The notes under the pieces: generated by a model
Told to the model about the DNA's origin: nothing
The model's database searches: none
What the model saw: the letters and a program-made list of their open reading frames with translations, nothing else
Shown here: piece by piece, positions 61,726 through 64,000 of the stretch
Position numbering within the stretch: the first letter of the stretch is position 1
Layout of the letters: each line of letters opens with the position of its first letter
Translations under genes and position numbers: made by a program
DNA from: Eubacterium sp.
Lineage (GTDB): Bacteria; Bacillota; Clostridia; Eubacteriales; Eubacteriaceae
DNA: 64,000 nt
Direction of reading: 5' to 3'
Assembly (NCBI GenBank): GCA_030524435.1
Contig: JAUNGS010000001.1
Coordinates: 32,319 to 96,318, forward strand

Positions 61726-61883
61726 AGCTCAAATCACAATCATAGACCTCGACCGGGGTGCTTATGTCATGCTTCAAATACCTGCGGGTATTTTCAAGGG
61801 AGAGGACGGGCGCCCCGGTTTTTAATTGTAAAAATAGATTTAAAAAATCCAGACTTGTCTGGTTTTTTGGAAAGGTGAAGAAA

Positions 61884-63260
61884 GTGAACAAGTCTTTGTT
61901 TAGGGAGGATACCATCGCGGCCATCGCCACGGGCATCGGCGGCGCAGGCATCGGGATCATCAGGGTCAGCGGCCCCGAGGCTGTGGCTCTGGCAGAGCCC
62001 CTGTTTAAAAACCCCGCCGGAAAAACCCTGAAGGACGCCGAGAGCCACAAGCTGCTCTACGGACATATCGTGGATCCCGAGGGCGGCCGGGTGGTGGACG
62101 AGGTGCTCGTCTCCAAGATGACCGGCCCCTTTTCCTACACCGCCGAGGACGTGGTGGAAATCAATTGTCACGGGGGCATCGTCTCCTTAAAGAAGATTCT
62201 GGGGCTTTTGCTCGCGGCCGGGGTGCGGCTGGCCGAGCCCGGGGAGTTTACCAAGCGGGCCTTTTTAAACGGCCGCATCGACCTCACCCAGGCCGAGGCC
62301 GTCATGGACATCATCTCGGCCAAGACGGAAAAAAGCATGGAGAACTCCGTGGGTCAGCTGGAGGGCCGGCTGTCTGAGCGCATCGACGCCATCGACGACC
62401 GCCTGGTGGACATGCTTTCGGACATGGAGGCCAACATCGACTACCCCGAGTACGACATCGAGGAGGAGACCACGGCGGCTTTGGAGGAAAATATTACCCG
62501 GGTAATAGAAATGATCGACGCCCTGCTGCAGTCCGCCCAGACCGGCAGGATCTACAGGGAGGGGATTACCACGGCGATTCTGGGTGAGCCCAACGTGGGC
62601 AAGTCCTCTCTGCTAAACGCCCTGCTCATGGAGAACAAGGCCATCGTCACCGATATCCCCGGTACCACCAGAGACGTCATCGAGGAGTACGTCCACATCC
62701 AGGGCATTCCCTTTAAGATCATCGACACGGCGGGGATTCGGGAAACCGATAATCTGGTGGAAAAAATCGGCGTGGAAAAATCCAGGCAGCTCATCAAAAA
62801 CACGAGCCTGGTGCTCTTTCTCACCGACGTCACCAGGCCCTTTTCCGAGGCGGAGAAAGCCCTGCTCAAGGAGTTAAACCCCGCCAAGACCATCTTCGTG
62901 GCCAACAAGATGGACGCGGTGGACTCCCTGCCCGAGCTTCCAGGACAATGGCTGCCGGTGTCCATCAAGACCGAGGCCGGGGTGGAGGCCCTAAAGGAGC
63001 GGATGGTGGCTGTGGTCATGGGGGGCGAGGTGGACCAGGAGGCGGACTATTTGGTCAACAATGTGCGCCATATCCAGCTTTTAAAGGAAGCCAAGGCCTG
63101 TCTTGGGGCGGGGCTTGAAACCATCGCCATGGCCATGCCCCTGGAGCTTGTGTCCATCGATTTAAAAAACGCTTTAGAGAAGCTTCGGGAGATCACCGGC
63201 AGAGCCGTGGGCGAGGACATCGTCGACCGGATTTTTTCAAAGTTTTGTATTGGAAAGTAG
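61884..63260 (+). CDS. mnmE: tRNA modification GTPase MnmE
   Basis: DTIAAIAT, GEFTKRAFLNG, G.PNVGKSS, GTTRD, DTAG, FCIGK; probable GTG start 61884. Confidence 0.96.
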   Translation: MNKSLFREDTIAAIATGIGGAGIGIIRVSGPEAVALAEPLFKNPAGKTLKDAESHKLLYGHIVDPEGGRVVDEVLVSKMTGPFSYTAEDVVEINCHGGIVSLKKILGLLLAAGVRLAEPGEFTKRAFLNGRIDLTQAEAVMDIISAKTEKSMENSVGQLEGRLSERIDAIDDRLVDMLSDMEANIDYPEYDIEEETTAALEENITRVIEMIDALLQSAQTGRIYREGITTAILGEPNVGKSSLLNALLMENKAIVTDIPGTTRDVIEEYVHIQGIPFKIIDTAGIRETDNLVEKIGVEKSRQLIKNTSLVLFLTDVTRPFSEAEKALLKELNPAKTIFVANKMDAVDSLPELPGQWLPVSIKTEAGVEALKERMVAVVMGGEVDQEADYLVNNVRHIQLLKEAKACLGAGLETIAMAMPLELVSIDLKNALEKLREITGRAVGEDIVDRIFSKFCIGK

Positions 63261-63269
63261 AGGAGAACC

Positions 63270-64000
63270 ATGCAGTATTCAGGAGGAGCTTTTGATATCA
63301 TCGTCATCGGGGCGGGCCACGCCGGCGCCGAGGCGGCTTTGGCCTCGGCAAGGCTGGGCATGAAGACCCTGCTTCTGACCATCAATTTAGATTCGGTGGC
63401 CATGATGCCCTGCAACCCCTCCATCGGGGGCACGGGCAAGGGCCACCTGGTCAGAGAGATCGACGCCTTGGGCGGGGAGATGGGCAAGAACATCGACGCC
63501 ACCATGATCCAGTGCCGGATGCTCAACACCGGCAAGGGGCCGGCGGTCCACTCCCTCAGAGCCCAGGCCGACAAGAAAAAATACCAGTTTCGGATGAAGC
63601 GGGTCATCGAGGAACAGGAAAACCTGTTGTTGAAGCAGCAGGAGGCCACCAGGCTGATTGTCGAGGATGGAAAAATCACCGGGGTCGAGGTTCAGACCGG
63701 CGCCGTTTACCACTGCAGGGCCTGCGTCATCTGCACCGGCACCTACTTAAAGGGCAGGATTTTCATCGGCGACGTCCAGTACGACAGCGGCCCCAACGGC
63801 CTCTTTCCCGCCATGCAGCTCTCGGACAGCCTTAGGGAGGCGGGAATTGACCTTCAGCGCTTTAAGACGGGAACCCCGGCCCGGGTGGACAGCAAAACCG
63901 TGGATTACTCCAAGATGGAAATTCAGCACGGCGATGAGAAGATCACCCCCTTCTCCTTCGAGACTGAGGCCATCGACATCGACCAGGTGCCCTGCTACTT
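63270..64000 (+). CDS. mnmG: tRNA modification enzyme MnmG (GidA), truncated by window edge
   Basis: [45 protein letters not shown]. Confidence 0.96.
   Translation, partial: MQYSGGAFDIIVIGAGHAGAEAALASARLGMKTLLLTINLDSVAMMPCNPSIGGTGKGHLVREIDALGGEMGKNIDATMIQCRMLNTGKGPAVHSLRAQADKKKYQFRMKRVIEEQENLLLKQQEATRLIVEDGKITGVEVQTGAVYHCRACVICTGTYLKGRIFIGDVQYDSGPNGLFPAMQLSDSLREAGIDLQRFKTGTPARVDSKTVDYSKMEIQHGDEKITPFSFETEAIDIDQVPCY

Noticed and set aside
61758-61883. N-terminal extensions in the ORF track (mnmE, and likewise tatD, mtnK, HxlR, AraC, XRE, LysR)
   Set aside because: Downstream starts have better RBS and match family N-termini

Overview
This is a 64-kb chromosomal segment of an anaerobic Firmicute (Clostridia; Eubacteriaceae-like, by inference). 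The right end is the canonical origin region: mnmG(partial)-mnmE-jag-yidC-yidD-rnpA-rpmH / dnaA-oriC-dnaN-yaaA-recF-gyrB-gyrA, followed by a PTS IIA-rpe-IIB tail. The rest is GC-rich housekeeping or metabolic genes (glnA+ANTAR, tatD, aroF-tyrA, metY-cysK-metA, a sigma54-driven CoA-transferase/AbfD-like pair, mtnK-like, nagD-like) interrupted by AT-rich accessory, largely defence-like inserts (UDG-like gene, McrBC, two AAA_14/DUF4143 genes, DUF1016 and RhuM pseudogenes, an AlbA_2 ATPase). Highlights: (1) a single operon joining an ACGX Cys-rich RiPP precursor and radical SAM/SPASM maturase to a nitroreductase, a Zn-macrodomain and a class-M sirtuin (SirTM) ADP-ribosylation pair that lacks its usual GcvH-L/LplA partners; (2) an unannotated Tyr/Phe-rich leader-peptide attenuator upstream of aroF-tyrA; (3) duplicated stand-alone Rpn C-terminal (RpnS-like) mini-genes flanking a UDG-superfamily gene next to McrBC; (4) several inserts bracketed by direct-repeat copies of a terminator hairpin; (5) a candidate sRNA with C-rich loops; (6) an AbfD-like enzyme with apparently altered catalytic residues. 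All family calls come from motif recognition only; no database searches were run.
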